Position numbers and translations under genes: made by a program. A stretch of 58,161 nucleotides of DNA from IMG/VR virus record IMGVR_UViG_3300044825_001220, positions 1-58,161 of that record, one strand, 5' to 3'. Every line of letters begins with the position of its first letter. Within the stretch, counting starts at the first letter, position 1. The stretch is from a virus (lineage: Duplodnaviria; Caudoviricetes). Under the pieces are notes generated by a model. That model ran no database searches and was not told the DNA's origin. It saw nothing but the letters and a program-made list of their open reading frames with translations. Below are positions 54,771 to 58,161 of this stretch, piece after piece.

Positions 54771-55212
54771 TTAGATGCTCCTTGCGGTAGTCGTCAAACC
54801 GCTCATAAAACACAGCTTTCCAGACCTCTGGAAGAATCTCTTTGGCTTTTTCTGGACCAACACAAACATGTACGGCATAGGCCAAGATGTTGCCAGCAGC
54901 GTACCGCAGACTATGCGCAATCTCAATCCCGTGCGGGTCTTTGTTTCGCTCAAAAGTGTTCGCCGTCTCAAACGAAGAAACTACAACCAACCACATCGGC
55001 AAGATGTCGTCTTGGATGCTGCGGTAAAACGGGTTGGCAGGAAGATAAACAAGTGCGGTTAGGAAGGCTTGGTTGATGGTGTCATCGGATACATCCTTGT
55101 CCCTGTCCACCATGTCATCCCAAGCGTGTGCCAAAAACACAAACGCCCGAAACATGTTCAGGGCGTCTTGGTTCCCTCCGAACCACTCAAGTTTGCCTTC
55201 GTTGATGTTCAT
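54763..55212 (-). CDS. Small all-alpha protein with DDxxD motif (isoprenoid synthase-like)
   Basis: LAHAWDDMVDRD; overlaps both neighbours. Confidence 0.6.
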   Translation of the reverse strand: MNINEGKLEWFGGNQDALNMFRAFVFLAHAWDDMVDRDKDVSDDTINQAFLTALVYLPANPFYRSIQDDILPMWLVVVSSFETANTFERNKDPHGIEIAHSLRYAAGNILAYAVHVCVGPEKAKEILPEVWKAVFYERFDDYRKEHLNV

Positions 55213-56750
55213 GCTGGCAGGTATTTGTCGGCGCGGGTGTTTTTGGCGACTCGGCCTTTACCAGTCGTTTGGCCACGAGCTGCTTGTACACGGTTCATCA
55301 TGGCGTACAGCTTACGCGCACCGGCCTCAGTCGAGCCGTTACCCAGTTCAGAGACGATGCGGGCCGGGATTACAAACTCACCGTCTGCAAGACGAGCAGG
55401 GCGCTTGTTGCCAATTGTGGCCGGGATAGAGTCAGACACCCCATCACCAGGGCCGCGCAGCAGCCTGCCGCCGTCAGAGTAGTCGCCAAGGTGAGAGTAC
55501 CCGCCGCCAGCAAGAGCAGTGATGCCACCTTTGTAGAAACCAATTCCGTCAGTTCCAGTATCTGCGCTCATACCACTGGCGTTTGAAGCGGCATTTGCTC
55601 CAGAAACATCAGCGGCTTGAGCAGCGCCCATGGAATCCATGGCACTGGCATTTATAGCGCCAACCTCACCGTGTCCAATTGAGGCATCTGACAAGGCATT
55701 GACACTCTGCGCCGTATCAAACGCGCCTATGGCTTCGTCTCCGACTCCCGAGGCCAGAGCGGCGGCGGCAAGGCCAGACAAACCAGGGCCCGCAGCGGCC
55801 AAATCACCACCCGCGCCGACAGAATCCATTGTGCGATCAGGATTACCAGCTTTTGTTGGTTTCGGCGGCTCAACCTTTTTGTATGACTGCGTCAGCGGGT
55901 CATAGGTGTATTTGTTGTCATCGGTACTGCCGCCCGTACCGCGATCAAGAAGGCCACCCTCGGCGGCCAGACGGGTATATTGAGGCTGGAAATTCATGCG
56001 TTCCCCGCGATAGTCCGCAGGGTAAAGAGACTCAGGGTTCTTGACCCGGCCAGGGTTAAACGCAAAAAGCGCTCTCTGTGAGTCTGATTGAGGAGGTGCT
56101 GACTCCGACTCTCCTGCCATGAGCATAGGAGCGGCAGCACCTGCGGCATATTTGAGCAGTCCTTTGCCGCCGCCAATACTTTTCATGAAGGCTTCTCTGC
56201 CACCAGTTTCTGTTAAACCAGTCAGCCCTTTGGCCGCCGTTGAAAATGGACTCTCTAATGCTGTTTTTGTGGCTTGGGCAGCGACTTCGTTCATGGCGGC
56301 CTGTGATGCGCCTTGACCAAGACCAGCAACGGCACCTTGCTGCGCTGCCGCTGTACCCGCACCAAACAAACCGCCCCCAAGTCCAGCACCGCCATATGCG
56401 CCAAGACCAGCCATCAGCCCCTTGCCGATGTCGCCTGTCCGAGCCGCTTGGAGCGCACCCACACCAAGGCCGATGGTGGCTGGCATACCCATCCCAAACA
56501 ATCCTGCACCTGCGGCAGCGCCAAGCCCCCCGGTGGCAAACATCAAGCCACCGCCAATAATCGCCGGGAGAAGACTGTCCAGAAACCCAGCCTCAGGAAG
56601 TCCTGTCTCAGGGTTAATACTTAGAGTGCCACCATGGGCTTTGGCAAGTTCTTGGAGACTGCTCAACTCGCCCAGCGACATGTGGACAAGCTGAGTGTCT
56701 GGGCCTCGGCCCTTAGAGGCAAGGTGTTTGGCGGCGGCTTCAAGGCTCAT
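55209..56750 (-). CDS. Internal virion protein
   Basis: N-terminal GRGPDTQLVH...INPETGLPE; Gly/Ala hydrophobic helices; C-terminal GPGDGVSDSIPA...DGEFV. Confidence 0.75.
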   Translation of the reverse strand: MSLEAAAKHLASKGRGPDTQLVHMSLGELSSLQELAKAHGGTLSINPETGLPEAGFLDSLLPAIIGGGLMFATGGLGAAAGAGLFGMGMPATIGLGVGALQAARTGDIGKGLMAGLGAYGGAGLGGGLFGAGTAAAQQGAVAGLGQGASQAAMNEVAAQATKTALESPFSTAAKGLTGLTETGGREAFMKSIGGGKGLLKYAAGAAAPMLMAGESESAPPQSDSQRALFAFNPGRVKNPESLYPADYRGERMNFQPQYTRLAAEGGLLDRGTGGSTDDNKYTYDPLTQSYKKVEPPKPTKAGNPDRTMDSVGAGGDLAAAGPGLSGLAAAALASGVGDEAIGAFDTAQSVNALSDASIGHGEVGAINASAMDSMGAAQAADVSGANAASNASGMSADTGTDGIGFYKGGITALAGGGYSHLGDYSDGGRLLRGPGDGVSDSIPATIGNKRPARLADGEFVIPARIVSELGNGSTEAGARKLYAMMNRVQAARGQTTGKGRVAKNTRADKYLPA

Positions 56751-56784
56751 ATTTGCCTCGCAGAAAAGGGTTTAAACGAGTCTA

Positions 56785-57657
56785 TCATGGAGGGAGCGCA
56801 GATACAAATCCAAGTGTGGCTACCACAGATGCCGTGGCCGGTCTGGTTGGCCCTGTTGACGGGCCGTAACATTCAAGGGTTACCTTCTGATCAGTGGTGG
56901 ACCACCAGATTTCTACGTACTGCCCAGCATTTAACTGCAAAAAATAGTTCCAGCCAATGATGGCGTGACCGTCAATACCGCCATGAGTGCCGACAACAGA
57001 AATAAACCCCGTAGAACCAACCACATCAACCCCATTTACACGCAGCCAAACTGAAGCGTCATGTATGGCCGAATCTGAGTTGTTGAACTGCCCCGACCAC
57101 TGCAAGTTGTAAATGCCAGCCTTTACGGCAGTTATTCTGGTCTCGTTTACGATACTTACGTTGTTTGCGTAGTCCGTAGTGTTGATGTACATGGGCACAG
57201 CAGTGGCCGCAGGAGGTGACTGTATTTTGGTTACAGCCACGCCAGTGGAGTGCGCTACGTTTGTTGACCCCCTTGCGCCACGGGTGCAGCCCGTGAATGT
57301 TGTAGGCGTTTTGCCAGTGTAGGTGATGACTTCAGATGTGATGCGAAGCTCACCAGCAGTTGGAAATCCTGCGGTGCTGACGACGGTGATTGTGGTGACC
57401 GAGTTGTTGATGCCGCCGTTAAGCGTGGTGTACGCCGTATCTTGAAACGCACCGTATGGAAGGCGAATGCCAGAGCCGTCAATTGCACCAGACCCTGTAT
57501 TTAACTGCGCCAAAATGCCATCGAGTCGGTTGAAGTACAGGCGCAGAACATCCGCGAATTGATCGTGATACCGCTTCTCGTAGTCGTTTGGCGCGTCTGG
57601 CAACCTGGGTGCGGCAACCCGATTTAATTCGTAGGTGGAGGTAACGATGAACGTCAT
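56785..57657 (-). CDS. Tail tip/needle-position structural protein
   Basis: APRLP...LRLYFNRLD; C-terminal GIYNLQWSGQ...YVEIWW beta sandwich. Confidence 0.65.
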   Translation of the reverse strand: MTFIVTSTYELNRVAAPRLPDAPNDYEKRYHDQFADVLRLYFNRLDGILAQLNTGSGAIDGSGIRLPYGAFQDTAYTTLNGGINNSVTTITVVSTAGFPTAGELRITSEVITYTGKTPTTFTGCTRGARGSTNVAHSTGVAVTKIQSPPAATAVPMYINTTDYANNVSIVNETRITAVKAGIYNLQWSGQFNNSDSAIHDASVWLRVNGVDVVGSTGFISVVGTHGGIDGHAIIGWNYFLQLNAGQYVEIWWSTTDQKVTLECYGPSTGPTRPATASVVATLGFVSALPP

Positions 57658-58160
57658 TACGTGTTGCCCCTGCGGCCATCGGGTTTGATGTCAATACGCG
57701 GAGCGCCAAGCTGCCACTGCACCCCAAGATTGGCAGACTCGACCTTGAACTCCATCTGCCTACCACGAACCCGGATCAGCACCTGCCCGGTAAATTGTTC
57801 AACCGGAACCGATGCGCTGCGCACCACAGGAGCGTTGTTTGTGCCGCCGACAGACTCAGGGTTGTTAAAGCCCGAGCCAGAGTTTTGCAGCGGCTTGAGC
57901 GTCATGGTCACCTGCGGGTTTGCAGCAGACGAACCCCTGAACGTGATGTCAGGCAACAACCTCCAGATGAACCCAAAAGCATGGCCATCACCAATATCAA
58001 ACTGCGACGAGGTGATGTAGGCGTTGATCGGGGCCGGGGTGCCAGAGACGTTGTCGTCAACACCAAACTCATGGAAGACCAAATTGTTGGAGTACGTGGC
58101 AGCAATCGGATAGTTGTTCAGGCTGGAGTCATTCCAAGCCGTGCGGCCCATCGAGCCATA
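57657..58160 (-). CDS. C-terminal part of tail stabilisation / tubular protein B-like gene (5' truncated)
   Basis: Frame open to the window edge; RTAW, FDIGDG, LPD, RVRGRQ, WQLG...DGRR. Confidence 0.7.
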   Translation of the reverse strand, partial: YGSMGRTAWNDSSLNNYPIAATYSNNLVFHEFGVDDNVSGTPAPINAYITSSQFDIGDGHAFGFIWRLLPDITFRGSSAANPQVTMTLKPLQNSGSGFNNPESVGGTNNAPVVRSASVPVEQFTGQVLIRVRGRQMEFKVESANLGVQWQLGAPRIDIKPDGRRGNT

Positions 58161-58161
58161 G

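Noticed and set aside
1-58161. Complete circular genome or prophage
   Set aside because: Both ends cut different genes with no overlap; no host genes, att sites or integrase seen

Overview
The window is a near-complete (about 58 kb, ends do not overlap) genome of a tailed dsDNA phage with podovirus-type organisation. The minus strand carries the late/structural arm. It runs from terminase small and large subunits (21.5-19.2 kb) through portal, GroES-like co-chaperonin, scaffold, Mu gpT-like major capsid, a cluster of small basic proteins, adaptors and several tail fibre-like genes to the left edge. It resumes at the right edge with a tail-stabilisation protein fragment, internal/ejection proteins and a 2487-aa giant protein (58.2-45.1 kb). 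The plus strand carries an early/accessory arm (22-32.7 kb: many small ORFs, MoxR-type AAA, peptidase-vWA, DUF3150-like) and a replication arm (32.8-45 kb: VRR-NUC, family A DNA polymerase, PD-(D/E)XK nuclease, SNF2 helicase, SSB-like, primase-helicase). I saw no integrase, tRNA, CRISPR array or endolysin; lysis genes may lie in the missing segment. Most notable observations: (1) nine copies of a 27-bp palindrome AAC-N4-CGACA-N3-TGTCG-N4-GTT confined to the early arm; (2) a small DDxxD (isoprenoid synthase/ComQ-like) protein in the slot normally held by a GNAT, next to an ejection protein with a Trp-rich leader; (3) a [FYML]-[AK]-x-GG motif shared across small basic proteins and ejection proteins; (4) a nested 57-aa gene with its own SD inside the giant gene; (5) a pseudoknotted RNA downstream of the capsid gene. 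All family calls come from motif recognition by eye, not database searches.
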